Shown here: positions 44,694 through 54,408 of the stretch, in pieces | How positions within the stretch are numbered: position 1 is the first letter of the stretch | Layout of the letters: each line of letters opens with the position of its first letter | The notes under the pieces: model-generated | Seen by the model: the letters and a program-made list of their open reading frames with translations, nothing else | Database searches by the model: none | Told to the model about the DNA's origin: nothing | Made by a program: the position numbers and the translations under genes | NCBI GenBank assembly: GCA_903876715.1 | Contig: CAIRBF010000217.1 | Coordinates: 2,931 to 66,930, forward strand | DNA length: 64,000 nt | Reading direction: 5' to 3' | DNA from: an uncultured beta proteobacterium | GTDB lineage: Bacteria > Pseudomonadota > Gammaproteobacteria > Burkholderiales > Burkholderiaceae_C

Positions 44694-44900
44694 TCATGCG
44701 GTGACGCGCGCGAGCTGCGTGGACTGGCCCAGGTAGTGGACGATGATCTCCGGGTCGTGGGCGAGCGCGTCGCTGCGTCCTTCGCGTACGACACGGCCCT
44801 GTTCGATGAGGTAAGCCCGATGCGTCGAGCGCAGCGCCTGACGCGCGTTCTGCTCCACGAGCAGGATCGTCAGACCCTCGGCATTCAGGTCCCGCAGGGT
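44694..44900 (-). pseudogene. 3-prime fragment of a LivF-like ABC ATPase gene (last ~68 codons only)
   Basis: Reads TLRDLNAEGLTILLVEQNARQALRSTHRAYLIEQGRVVREGRSDALAHDPEIIVHYLGQ. A 30-aa stretch is identical to LivF-2 (34802-35530). Walker A, signature and Walker B are absent. The upstream sequence is AT-richer and non-homologous. Confidence 0.8.
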
Positions 44901-45015
44901 ATGGCTCTTCGGTGCTCTGGAAAAAATACGCAACATGTCTTGTGGATATTTTTGCCCGTCAGCGCGACGCGTCAATCGGGTATTCCCGATGCGCCCTTGA
45001 AGGACTCTCCCCGCT

Positions 45016-45732
45016 TCAGTCTGCCTTGAAGCTCTGCGTCATGGAGATGTAGTCGGCCAGGACGTCACCCTGAACGGAGACGTGTCGCTTCATCAATGCC
45101 GCCGCGTCGTCGGACTGGCCGCCCAGGATGAGTGCCAGCAGTGCCTGGTGATCTTCATTGTTGGCGCCAGGCCGCCCCTCCGACTTGAGCTGGAACAGCC
45201 GGTAGGGGGTGAGTCCGATGGCGAAGCGCGATACCGTCTCTATCAGGACCTCGTTGTGCGTGGCCTGCCAGATCTTCTGGTGGAAGCGGCTGCCGAGCCT
45301 GCCCATCGCGTCGTGATCCGCACGGGCCAATGCCGCGTCCGCCTCCTGCTGCAGGGCGGACAGGTCCTTGCGCTCCTGCGCGGAGATCCGGCGCGCCGCC
45401 AGCCGGGCGCACAAGGCCTCGAGCTCGGACATCACCTCGAAGCTCTGGATGAGGCGGCGCACGTCCAGGGGCGCGACCACGGCCGGCTGCCGCGGGGATT
45501 TCTTGACCAGCCCGGACTCGATCAGCTGCAGCAGAGCCTCGCGCACCGGTGTGCGGGACACCGAAAAGCGCTGCGCGATCGCGTCTTCGTCCAGAGGTGC
45601 GCCCGGCGGCAGCACGCCGGTGACGATGTCCTGTTCGATGGCGCTGCGCACGATCGCGCACTGGGTCGGGCGCCGGCCTGATGGGGCGCCCGATCCGCCC
45701 GGCGTGTCGATCGTGGAGACCCGCTTGTCCAT
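45016..45732 (-). CDS. GntR-family transcriptional regulator, FadR/FCD subfamily
   Basis: N-terminal winged-HTH (EDAIAQRFSVSRTPVREALLQLIESGLV) plus an all-helical FCD C-terminal domain. Confidence 0.9.
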   Translation of the reverse strand: MDKRVSTIDTPGGSGAPSGRRPTQCAIVRSAIEQDIVTGVLPPGAPLDEDAIAQRFSVSRTPVREALLQLIESGLVKKSPRQPAVVAPLDVRRLIQSFEVMSELEALCARLAARRISAQERKDLSALQQEADAALARADHDAMGRLGSRFHQKIWQATHNEVLIETVSRFAIGLTPYRLFQLKSEGRPGANNEDHQALLALILGGQSDDAAALMKRHVSVQGDVLADYISMTQSFKAD

Positions 45733-45763
45733 GGCACCTGATTGTTGGTTACAAAGGACGTCC

Positions 45764-45776
45764 CGTCAATGTATAT
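45764..45776. promoter_or_regulatory. Operator-like motif CGTCAATGTATAT in the GntR / acyl-CoA ligase divergent intergenic region
   Basis: Lies within the partial palindrome CGTCAATGTATATTTACAGACG in the only AT-rich stretch of the 183-nt divergent region. Matches 39336-39348 in reverse complement (12/13). Confidence 0.35.
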
Positions 45777-45915
45777 TTACAGACGTCGAGATCTATACGA
45801 AGATCCGTGACAACGTCGGTCGAGCCGGCCCTGCGGTGGGGCTTGCTGTACACGTGCGTCAGGCTGCTGCGCCGGGCTCACGCAGGCTCCGGCCGGCTGC
45901 GAGCCGACACAGCCC

Positions 45916-47568
45916 ATGCTCACCTATCCTCATTTCCAGCCCCACTTCCCACGCGCCCAGTGGACCCTGCCGCAGGTGTTGGAGCACCAGAGCCGGGCCC
46001 GCCCTGACGCGCCCTTCCTGTCGTGGACCGACGCGGGCGTTGCGCAGAGCTTCCGCCAGGTGAACGAGACCGTCAACAGCCTGGCGCACGGGCTGGCTGC
46101 CGTGGGCATCGGGCATGGTGACAAGGTCGGCATCCTGCTGCCCAACTGCCTCGAATTCGTTCACACCTGGTTCGCGCTCAACAAGCTCGGCGCCGTCGAG
46201 GTCGCCATCAGCGACGCTTATGTCGGCAGCTTCCTGGCCCATCCCCTGCGCCTCGCCCAGCTGCGGGTGGTGGTGACGACGGCGCGGCTGGCCCAGAGGC
46301 TGCTCGAGATCGAGGATGACGTCGGCCTGGAGACGGTGTATCTGGTCGACGACCCCGAGCATCCGGGCGATGCGCCCCCGTCGTTCCGCCGCATCCGCTG
46401 CGTCCCGTATTCGAGCCTGCATTCGGGGCGCCACGACGATCCCGGGGTGACCGTTCTGCCGGAGCACCCCGCTGCCGTCCTGCTGACCTCGGGCACCACG
46501 GGACCGTCCAAGGGCGTGGTGATGCCCCATTCGCAGTTCTACTTCTTCGCCGAGGAGGACGTGCAACTGGTGCGCCTGGGCCCCGATGACGTCTACATGA
46601 CGGGCTTCCCGCTGTTCCACGGCAATGCCCAGTTCCTGACCGTCTACCCCTGCCTGATCGCGGGCGCCCATTGCGTGCTGTACCGCAAGTTCAGCGCGTC
46701 CGATTGGGTGGGGCGTGCCTGCCGCAGCGGCGCGACCGTGACCAATCTGCTGGGCGCCACGCTGTCCTTCATCCTCGGTCAGCCGCCGCGTGAGGACGAC
46801 CGGCGCCACAAGGTCCGCCGTATCTATGCGGCGCCGCTGCCGCCCGACCTGGCGGGGCCTTTCAGCGAACGTTTCGGGGTGCGTGAGTTCGTCGACGGCT
46901 TCGGCCAGACGGAGATCTCCAATGTGTTCATGACCCCGCCGGGCGCGCCGCGACCGCCGGGTGCCAGTGGTGTCCTCGTCGACCAGTGGTTCGAGGTGCG
47001 CCTGGCCGACCCCGACACCGGGGAGCCCGTCCCGGAAGGGGAGGTCGGCGAGCTCTGGGTGCGCCACAAGCACCCCGGGGTCATCTCGAGCGAATACCTG
47101 GGGATGCCCGAGAAGACGATCGAGTCGCGGCGCGACCTGTGGTTCCACACCGGCGACGCCCTGAGGCGGGACGCGCAGGGGTGGTACTACTTCGTCGACC
47201 GTGTCAAGGACGCCCTGCGGCGCCGGGGCGAGAACATCTCCTCGTTCGAAGTGGAGGCGGTGGTGCGCAGACACCCGCAGGTGCTGGAGTGCGCCGTCGT
47301 GGGCGTGCCCGCGGACCAGTCCGGAGGCGAGGACGAAGTGATGGTGTTCATCGTGCCGCGTCCCGGCGAGAGCGTGGACTTCGCTTCCGTCGCGCGCTGG
47401 TGCCAGGGGCAGATGCCGGCTTTCATGGTGCCGCGGTACTACGACGTGATCGCGTCGCTGCCTCGGACACCGACCGAGAAGGTGCAGAAGAAGGAACTGC
47501 GCCAGATCGGTGTGCGCCCCGGCACCTGGGACCGCACGCGCCACGATGCCGCAGGGAGTCCGACATGA
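45916..47568 (+). CDS. AMP-dependent synthetase/ligase (acyl-CoA ligase family)
   Basis: LLTSGTTGPSKGV AMP-binding motif, WFHTGDA, and C-terminal PRTPTEKVQKKEL. Confidence 0.92.
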   Translation: MLTYPHFQPHFPRAQWTLPQVLEHQSRARPDAPFLSWTDAGVAQSFRQVNETVNSLAHGLAAVGIGHGDKVGILLPNCLEFVHTWFALNKLGAVEVAISDAYVGSFLAHPLRLAQLRVVVTTARLAQRLLEIEDDVGLETVYLVDDPEHPGDAPPSFRRIRCVPYSSLHSGRHDDPGVTVLPEHPAAVLLTSGTTGPSKGVVMPHSQFYFFAEEDVQLVRLGPDDVYMTGFPLFHGNAQFLTVYPCLIAGAHCVLYRKFSASDWVGRACRSGATVTNLLGATLSFILGQPPREDDRRHKVRRIYAAPLPPDLAGPFSERFGVREFVDGFGQTEISNVFMTPPGAPRPPGASGVLVDQWFEVRLADPDTGEPVPEGEVGELWVRHKHPGVISSEYLGMPEKTIESRRDLWFHTGDALRRDAQGWYYFVDRVKDALRRRGENISSFEVEAVVRRHPQVLECAVVGVPADQSGGEDEVMVFIVPRPGESVDFASVARWCQGQMPAFMVPRYYDVIASLPRTPTEKVQKKELRQIGVRPGTWDRTRHDAAGSPT

Positions 47569-48413
47569 CGCATCCACCGTCCCAAGTGGTTCAGGAGCCC
47601 GCAGGCACCGAGGTGATCCGGATCGAGGCTCATGGCGCCGTGCGGCTGGTCACCCTGAACCGGCCCGAGGTCGGCAACGCGATCAACGATGCCATCCGCC
47701 AGGGGCTGCCGGCCTTGCTCGAGCAGTTCGATGCCGACCCCGGGTGCGCCGTGATCGTGCTGACCGGCGCCGGCTCCAAAGGGTTTTGCGTCGGCGCCGA
47801 CATCAAGGAATCCCGCCCGGTCGGCCATCCCGTCCAGGAGCGCCAGCGTCTGTTCGCCAACGCTTGGATCGACCGTGTGGCAGCCGTGCGCAAGCCCGTC
47901 GTCGCCGCCATCGACGGCTTCTGCCTCGGCGGTGGCCTGGAGCTCGCGCTGGCCTGCGACATCCGTGTGGCGAGCGCGCGCGCGCAGTTCGGCCTGCCGG
48001 AGACCGGGCTCGGCCTGATCCCTGGCGGGGGCGGGACGCAGCGGCTGTCCCGACTCGTCGGGCTGGGCTGGGCCCTGGACATGATGATGCTCGGCGAGCG
48101 CATCGACGCTGCACAGGCCCACCGCATCGGCCTGGCGACGCGCCTGGTCGACGACCCGGCCGTGCTCGTCGCCAGCGCCTTGGCGCTGGCCGAGCGCCTG
48201 GCCCTGCGGCCGCCCGCGGCGACCGCCTATGTGAAGGAAGCCACGCGCGCCGGGTTCGACCTGCCCCTGGCCGAAGGCCTGCGCCTGGAGAAGACCTTGT
48301 TCTCCATGCTGACGAACACCGAAGAGCGCGCCGAGGCGGCGCGCGCGTTCCGTGAGAAGCGCCCGCCCCGCTTTGGCGCCGGGAGTGCAACTGGAGGAGA
48401 CCCTGTCAAATGA
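47565..48413 (+). CDS. Enoyl-CoA hydratase/isomerase (crotonase) family protein
   Basis: LTGAGSKGFCVGADI, IDGFCLGGGLELALACD, FREKRPPRF. ATGA overlap with the ligase stop. Confidence 0.9.
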   Translation: MTHPPSQVVQEPAGTEVIRIEAHGAVRLVTLNRPEVGNAINDAIRQGLPALLEQFDADPGCAVIVLTGAGSKGFCVGADIKESRPVGHPVQERQRLFANAWIDRVAAVRKPVVAAIDGFCLGGGLELALACDIRVASARAQFGLPETGLGLIPGGGGTQRLSRLVGLGWALDMMMLGERIDAAQAHRIGLATRLVDDPAVLVASALALAERLALRPPAATAYVKEATRAGFDLPLAEGLRLEKTLFSMLTNTEERAEAARAFREKRPPRFGAGSATGGDPVK

Positions 48414-49306
48414 CAGCCACAGCAAACATCGTCGTGGTCGGTGCCGGCTTGATGGGCACCGGTATCGCTCATGCTTTCCTCACGGCCGGCTGCGCCGTGG
48501 ATCTCGTCGACCCCTCGGAGTCTGCCCGCACGAAAGCGGCGCGGACGATCGACCGGCTGTTCGACGAAGGCGTGCAGCGCGGCAAGCTCACCGCGGAGGC
48601 CGCGACTGGCGCGCGCACCCGGCTGCGGCCGGTGGCCGCGGTGGAAGAGGCCGCGTCGGATGCGTGCTTCGTGGTCGAGACCGCGGTCGAGGACCTGGTC
48701 GTGAAGCAGACCATCGTGCGCGCGCTCGAGGCGCGCGTCGGCGATGACGTCGTGATTGCAACCAACACCTCGGCGCTGAGCATCACGGAGATCGCCTCGG
48801 CCGCGCGCCGCCCCCAGCGCGTCATCGGGATGCACTTCTTCAATCCCGTGCCGAAGATGAAGCTCGTGGAGATCGTGCGCGGCCTTGAGACCGACGAGCC
48901 CACGCTGCGCGCGGTGCAGGACTGGGTGGGTCGCATCGGCAAGAGCTCCATCCTCGTGAACGAGGCGCCTGGCTTCACCACCAGCCGCATCTCGGCCCTG
49001 CTGGGCAACGAAGCCATGACGATGCTGCACGAAGGGGTGGCCAGCGCCGAGGACATCGACACCTCGCTGCGCCTGGCCTTCAATCACCCGATGGGGCCCT
49101 TGGAACTGGGCGACCTCACGGGTTGGGACACGCGCCTGAAGGTGCTGCAGTACCTGCACACGACGCTGGGTGAGAAGTTCCGTCCTTGCCCGCTGATCAT
49201 CAAGATGGTGAAGGCGGGTCGGACCGGCCGCAAGGCAGGGAAGGGCGTCTACGAGTACGACGCCGAAGGCAACCGTATCCCGGGCTCCGGGCTGAGGACG
49301 CGATGA
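48410..49306 (+). CDS. 3-hydroxyacyl-CoA dehydrogenase (3-hydroxybutyryl-CoA dehydrogenase-like)
   Basis: VVGAGLMGTGIA Rossmann motif, NTSALSI, HFFNPVP, GFTTSR. Confidence 0.9.
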   Translation: MTATANIVVVGAGLMGTGIAHAFLTAGCAVDLVDPSESARTKAARTIDRLFDEGVQRGKLTAEAATGARTRLRPVAAVEEAASDACFVVETAVEDLVVKQTIVRALEARVGDDVVIATNTSALSITEIASAARRPQRVIGMHFFNPVPKMKLVEIVRGLETDEPTLRAVQDWVGRIGKSSILVNEAPGFTTSRISALLGNEAMTMLHEGVASAEDIDTSLRLAFNHPMGPLELGDLTGWDTRLKVLQYLHTTLGEKFRPCPLIIKMVKAGRTGRKAGKGVYEYDAEGNRIPGSGLRTR

Positions 49307-50481
49307 ACACCGATGTCGTCATCGTCGAGGCGGTCAGGACGCCGATCGGGCGCTTCCGCGGCGCGCTGCAAGGCGTGCGTGCTGACCACCTCGGGGCCCT
49401 GGTGCTCGAGGCCCTTCTGCAGCGCACAGGGCTGGGTGCCGACGTCGTGCAGGACGTGGTCTTCGGCTGCGTGACGCAGGTCGGCGAGCAGTGCGGCAAC
49501 ATCGCGCGCACCAGCCTGCTCGGCGCCGGTTGGCCCGAATCGATCCCGGGCATGACCGTGGACCGCAAGTGCGGGTCTTCGGAGGCTGCGGTGCACGTCG
49601 CCGCCGCCGCGATCGCCGCCGGCGTGGTGGACGTCGCCGTGGCCGGCGGGGCCGAGAACATGACCCGGGTGCCGATGGGCGGCAACCGCGACGTCCACGG
49701 ACAGCCCTTCGGCTGGAAGGTGACTGATCGCTTCGGGCTCACCTCGCAGGGCGAGGCCGCCGAGCGTCTGTGCGATCTCTGGCAGCTCGACCGGCAGGCG
49801 TTGGACGACTATGCCTTCGAGAGCCATCAACGCGCCGCGGCGGCCTGTGATGCCGGGTACTTCCAGCGCGAGGTGGTCCCGGTGCCGGTTGCCAACTTGG
49901 CCGAGCGTGACCTGTCCGAGCCGGGGTCGGACCTCTCGCGCGACGAGACGATCCGCCGCGGGACCAGCCGCGAGCGGCTCGCGACCCTGAAGGCCTCGTT
50001 CCGGGCCGAGGGGGGGCGCGTCACGGCCGGCAACGCCTCGCAGATCTCCGACGGCGCCGCGGCCTTGCTGCTGATGCGGGCCGACCGGGCCCGCGAACTC
50101 GGCCTGAAGCCGCGGGCCAGGATCGCCGCGATGACGACGGTGGGCTCCGACCCGGTGCTGATGCTCACCGGGCCGATCGAGGCGACGCGCCGCGTGCTCG
50201 GCCGTGCCGGCCTGACCCCGGACGCGGTCGACCTCTACGAGGTGAACGAAGCCTTCGCGCCGGTGCCCCTGGTGTGGATGCGCGAGCTCGGCATCGAGCG
50301 CGAGCGCGTCAATGTCAACGGGGGCGCGATCGCCCTTGGGCATCCGCTGGGTGCCAGCGGGGCGCGCCTGATGACGACGCTGCTGCACGAGATGGAGCGG
50401 CGCGGCGCCCGGTGGGGCCTGCAGACGATGTGCTGCGCGGGAGGCCTGGGCACCGCCACGCTTCTCGAGCGCATGGACTGA
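49303..50481 (+). CDS. Acetyl-CoA C-acyltransferase (thiolase)
   Basis: [14 protein letters not shown]-terminus, the active-site Cys region [13 protein letters not shown], and [14 protein letters not shown]...CAGGLG. Confidence 0.92.
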   Translation: MNTDVVIVEAVRTPIGRFRGALQGVRADHLGALVLEALLQRTGLGADVVQDVVFGCVTQVGEQCGNIARTSLLGAGWPESIPGMTVDRKCGSSEAAVHVAAAAIAAGVVDVAVAGGAENMTRVPMGGNRDVHGQPFGWKVTDRFGLTSQGEAAERLCDLWQLDRQALDDYAFESHQRAAAACDAGYFQREVVPVPVANLAERDLSEPGSDLSRDETIRRGTSRERLATLKASFRAEGGRVTAGNASQISDGAAALLLMRADRARELGLKPRARIAAMTTVGSDPVLMLTGPIEATRRVLGRAGLTPDAVDLYEVNEAFAPVPLVWMRELGIERERVNVNGGAIALGHPLGASGARLMTTLLHEMERRGARWGLQTMCCAGGLGTATLLERMD

Positions 50482-50568
50482 AGGCCGCCGCGGCGGCAGC
50501 CACCACGACCGGTGCGTCGAGCGTCGCCCGCAGGGGCGGGCGCCCGACCACCGACAGGAGACAAGGGC

Positions 50569-51585
50569 ATGGACACGATCACTTTGGGCCGCAGCGGCCT
50601 GCGATGCAGCGCTCTCGGGCTTGGATGCATGGGCATGTCCGAGTTCTACGGCGAACGTGACGACGAGCAATCGTTGGGCACCCTGGCGCGCGCCTTCGAA
50701 CTCGGCATCACGCAGTACGACACGGCCAACATCTACGGCCGCGGCCACAACGAGACCTTGCTCTCGCGCTTCATCCGCGACAAGCGCGATCGCATCGTCC
50801 TGTCGAGCAAGTTCGGCATCGTGCGCGATCCGGACGGCCCGAACGGCAGCACCTACGACCGTGCGATCGACAACTCCGAGGCGCACATGCGGGCCTCGTG
50901 CGAGGCGTCGCTGCAGCGGCTGGGCACCGACTACATCGACTTGTACTACGTGCACCGCACCGATCCCGATGTCCCGATCGAGGACACGATCGGCGCCTTG
51001 TCGCGCCTGGTCGAGCGCGGGAAGATCCGGGGCATCGGGCTGTCCGAGGTGAGTGCGGACCAGCTGCGTCGCGCGCACCGCGTCCACCCGATCACGGCGA
51101 TCCAGTCGGAGTATTCACTCTGGACCCGCGAGCCGGAGCGCGATGTGCTGCCCACCTGCCACGAGCTCGGCATCACCTTTGTCGCCTACAGCCCGCTGGG
51201 CCGGGGATTCCTGACCGGCGCGATCGCCAGCGCGCAGGCGCTGGATCCCACGGACTTCCGCTTGACGTCGCCGCGCTTCAAGCAGGAGAACTTCGACAAG
51301 AACCGGCTGCTGCTGGAACGGCTGGGCACGCTCGCGCGCGAGCGCTCCTGCTCGCTCAGCCAGCTGGTGCTCGCCTGGCTCCTCGGGCGGGACCCGGCCG
51401 TCCTGCCGATACCGGGCACGAAGCGCATACGCTACCTCGAGGAGAACGTGGGCGCGACCCGGGTACGCTTGGGCGCGGCCGATAGGGCGCTGCTCGAAGA
51501 GTGGCTGCCCATCGGCGCGGCGGCGGGCACACGCTACGACCCCGGCTTCCAGGGGGCTCCCAAGACACCGAAGGAAAACGCATGA
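50569..51585 (+). CDS. Aldo/keto reductase
   Basis: LGLGCMGMS...DTANIYG...DLYYVHRTD...IGLSE motifs. AGGAGA RBS. The track start at 50512 is over-extended. Confidence 0.9.
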   Translation: MDTITLGRSGLRCSALGLGCMGMSEFYGERDDEQSLGTLARAFELGITQYDTANIYGRGHNETLLSRFIRDKRDRIVLSSKFGIVRDPDGPNGSTYDRAIDNSEAHMRASCEASLQRLGTDYIDLYYVHRTDPDVPIEDTIGALSRLVERGKIRGIGLSEVSADQLRRAHRVHPITAIQSEYSLWTREPERDVLPTCHELGITFVAYSPLGRGFLTGAIASAQALDPTDFRLTSPRFKQENFDKNRLLLERLGTLARERSCSLSQLVLAWLLGRDPAVLPIPGTKRIRYLEENVGATRVRLGAADRALLEEWLPIGAAAGTRYDPGFQGAPKTPKENA

Positions 51586-52787
51586 GCACAGGTCCTCAAG
51601 TCAGCGATGCCCCGGGCGCGGTCGCATCCTGGTCACTCTGGCCCTGGCCGTTCTTCGAGGAACGCCATCACGCGCTGGCCGCCCGGGTGGATGAATGGAG
51701 CCGCGCGCGCCCGCACCAGGGCGCGACTTCGATGACGGACGAATGTCGCGCGATGGTGCGCTCGATGGGTGAGGCCGGCCTGCTGGACCATGTGGTGCCG
51801 CGCCTGGACGAGCCTTTCGACGTGCGATCGGTGTGTCTGATCCGTGAGGGCCTGACCTTCCATCACGCGCTGGCTGACGCCGTGTTCGCGATGCAGGGCA
51901 TCGGGACCCTGGCCATCCGCCGCTTCGGCAGCGCTGAGCTGAAGGCACGCTACCTGGAACCCTGCCGTCGTGGCGACCGCATTGCTGCCTTCGCGTTGAC
52001 CGAGCCGGAAACCGGGTCGGACGTGGCGTCCATGAGCACAGCCGCCACGAAGGACGGTGAGCATTACGTCATCAACGGCGCCAAGACGCTGATCTCGAAC
52101 GCGGGCTTTGCCGACCACTACTTGCTCGTGGCGCGCACCGGTGAGGCGCCCGGCGCCAAGGGCCTGTCGATGTTCCTCATCGACGCCGACACCCCGGGGC
52201 TGGAAGTGGGGCCGCCCATCGACTTCATCGCGCCCCATCCCGCGGCCAGCCTGAGGCTGAGGCAATGCAGGGTGCATCAGTCGCAGATGGTGGGCGAGCC
52301 TGGGCAAGGCTTCAAGGCCGCGATGGCGGCCTTCGACGTGTTCCGTCCGTCGGTCGGTGCCGCCGCGGTCGGTCTTGCGCGTCGTGCCATGGACGAGACC
52401 TTGCGTCACGCCAGCCGTCGCCGCCTCTTCGGCAAGGCGATGGCGCTGTTGGACGGGGTGCAGATGAACCTCGCCGACATGGCCACGGACCTCGAGGGCG
52501 CCGCACTCCTGGTCTACAGGGCGGCGTGGTCGCATGATGTGCCGGGAAGATCGACGCCCTACGAGGCTTCGATGGCCAAGCTGGCCGGCAGCGAGGCCGC
52601 CGGTCGCATCGTCGACCGCGCCGTGCAACTGCTGGGGGGACTGGGCGTGACGCAGGGACAGCTTGTCGAGCAGTTGTACCGTGAAGCCCGCCCGATGCGG
52701 ATCTACGAGGGATCCTCTGAAGTTCAGAAGCTGGTGATCGCGCGCGACCTGCTCAAGCGCGGCGGCTGGCTCGGCGGCAACACCTGA
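51582..52787 (+). CDS. Acyl-CoA dehydrogenase
   Basis: FALTEPETGSD, the pattern ING.KTLISNAG, and C-terminal IYEGSSEVQ (catalytic Glu region). ATGA overlap with the AKR stop. Confidence 0.9.
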   Translation: MSTGPQVSDAPGAVASWSLWPWPFFEERHHALAARVDEWSRARPHQGATSMTDECRAMVRSMGEAGLLDHVVPRLDEPFDVRSVCLIREGLTFHHALADAVFAMQGIGTLAIRRFGSAELKARYLEPCRRGDRIAAFALTEPETGSDVASMSTAATKDGEHYVINGAKTLISNAGFADHYLLVARTGEAPGAKGLSMFLIDADTPGLEVGPPIDFIAPHPAASLRLRQCRVHQSQMVGEPGQGFKAAMAAFDVFRPSVGAAAVGLARRAMDETLRHASRRRLFGKAMALLDGVQMNLADMATDLEGAALLVYRAAWSHDVPGRSTPYEASMAKLAGSEAAGRIVDRAVQLLGGLGVTQGQLVEQLYREARPMRIYEGSSEVQKLVIARDLLKRGGWLGGNT

Positions 52788-53947
52788 TGGGTCCGAGGAC
52801 GGCCATTGCCGGCCTGGGCTATACGCCCTACTACCGGCGCGGCCAGTCGCAGCCCCGCACTCTGGAAGAGTTGGTTGGGCAAGCCGTGCTCGCCGCATGC
52901 GCCGATGCGGGCTTGCCAGCCCGCAGCATCGATGGCTTCTCCTACTTCGCTGGCGGTTTCGACACCGGGTTGTTGTGCGAGATGCTGGGGATCGAGGACA
53001 TCCGCTTCTCTGCCGGGCTCACAGGCACTGGCGGGGGCTCGGCGGGGTCGGTCGGACTGGCGGCGATGGCGGTGGCCAGCGGCCAGGCCGACACGGTGGT
53101 CTGCGTTGGCGCCAATCAGCAGGGTGCCCAGCGCTTTGGCTCGATCACCGCCTCGTATGCCCCCTCGCCCGAGAACGCCTTCTTCGCCGCGGCCGGACTC
53201 GTCGGACCCGGGCACCTGTTCGCGCTGCTGGCACGCCGCCACATGCACCTGTACGGCACGACGCGCGAGGACTTCGCGGCCGTCGCGCTGGCCCTGCGCG
53301 AGCACGCGCTCGGGCATCCCGACGCTACGATGCGCAAGCCCTTGACCATGGCGGACTACATGGCCGCGCCGCTGCTTGCGGATCCGCACTGCCTCTACGA
53401 CTTCTGCCTCGAGAACGATGGCGCCGTGGCGGTGGTCGTGACCACCCTGGAACGCGCGCGCGACTTGCGCCAGCGCCCCGTGCCCGTGCTGGCCAGTTGT
53501 CACGGCGGCGCCGGTGACTGGGGGCGCTCGATCTATTGGATGAACATGCCCGACGAGGTTTTCGCGTCGTCAGGTCACGCGAGCGTTGCGCGCCATTTGT
53601 ATCGACAGGCCGGTCTGGGTCCGCAGGACATCGACACCGCCCAGATCTACGACCACTTCACCTCGCAGGTCATCATGCAGTTGGAGGACTATGGCTTCTG
53701 CGCGCGCGGGGAGGGGGGCGCCTTCGTTCGCAGCGGCGCGATCCGCCTGGACCGGGGCAGCCTGCCCATCAACACCGATGGCGGACAGCTGTCCTGCGGT
53801 TACGTTTGGGGCATGACGCACGTGCGGGAGGCGGTCGAGCAGATGCGCGGCACGGCCGCCAACCAGGTTTCCGGTGCCGAGACCGTGCTCGTGACGGGCG
53901 GGCCCTCGGTGCTGCCTGTCAGTGCCCTGATCCTGGGACGGGACTGA
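52787..53947 (+). CDS. Thiolase-like protein, SCP-x / lipid-transfer (non-condensing) type
   Basis: 386-aa thiolase-fold pattern, ending with NTDGGQLSCGYVWGMTHVREAVEQMRG, typical of DUF35-partnered thiolase-like proteins. Confidence 0.8.
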   Translation: MGPRTAIAGLGYTPYYRRGQSQPRTLEELVGQAVLAACADAGLPARSIDGFSYFAGGFDTGLLCEMLGIEDIRFSAGLTGTGGGSAGSVGLAAMAVASGQADTVVCVGANQQGAQRFGSITASYAPSPENAFFAAAGLVGPGHLFALLARRHMHLYGTTREDFAAVALALREHALGHPDATMRKPLTMADYMAAPLLADPHCLYDFCLENDGAVAVVVTTLERARDLRQRPVPVLASCHGGAGDWGRSIYWMNMPDEVFASSGHASVARHLYRQAGLGPQDIDTAQIYDHFTSQVIMQLEDYGFCARGEGGAFVRSGAIRLDRGSLPINTDGGQLSCGYVWGMTHVREAVEQMRGTAANQVSGAETVLVTGGPSVLPVSALILGRD

Positions 53948-53951
53948 CCAT

Positions 53952-54380
53952 ATGCCCATTGCACAGGCGCCTCCCTATCAGCTGTTCACGCTGGCCACCA
54001 ACGTCTGGACGGCCCCCTACTGGGAAGCGGCATCCCGGGGCGAACTGGTTGCGGCCCGCTGCGCCACTTGCGACCACCCGCGCATGCCGCCCACACCCTT
54101 CTGCCCACGTTGTCACCACCAGGGCATCCGGTGGGTCCGATTGAGCGGTCTGGGCACGGTCTACAGCTACACGGTGGTCGAGCGGGCCATCATGCCGGGG
54201 ATGGAAGCACACCTGCCCTATGTGCCGGCAGTCATCGAGCCCGACGACCTGCCCGGTGTGCGTCTGGTGAGCAACTTGGTCGGTATGGATCTGGCAGACC
54301 TGCGGGTGGGACTGCCCGTGCGCCTGACCTGGCATCGCACCGATGCGGGCGTCGGCCTGACCCAATTCCGCTTGCGCTGA
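53952..54380 (+). CDS. DUF35-type OB-fold / zinc-ribbon protein
   Basis: 142 aa. CxxC...CxxC ribbon (CATCDHPRMPPTPFCPRCH) followed by an OB-fold-like segment. Immediately downstream of the thiolase-like gene, as is usual for this pair. Confidence 0.8.
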   Translation: MPIAQAPPYQLFTLATNVWTAPYWEAASRGELVAARCATCDHPRMPPTPFCPRCHHQGIRWVRLSGLGTVYSYTVVERAIMPGMEAHLPYVPAVIEPDDLPGVRLVSNLVGMDLADLRVGLPVRLTWHRTDAGVGLTQFRLR

Positions 54381-54408
54381 GCGCTAGGCGCCGGCGCTTG
54401 CTTGCCGG

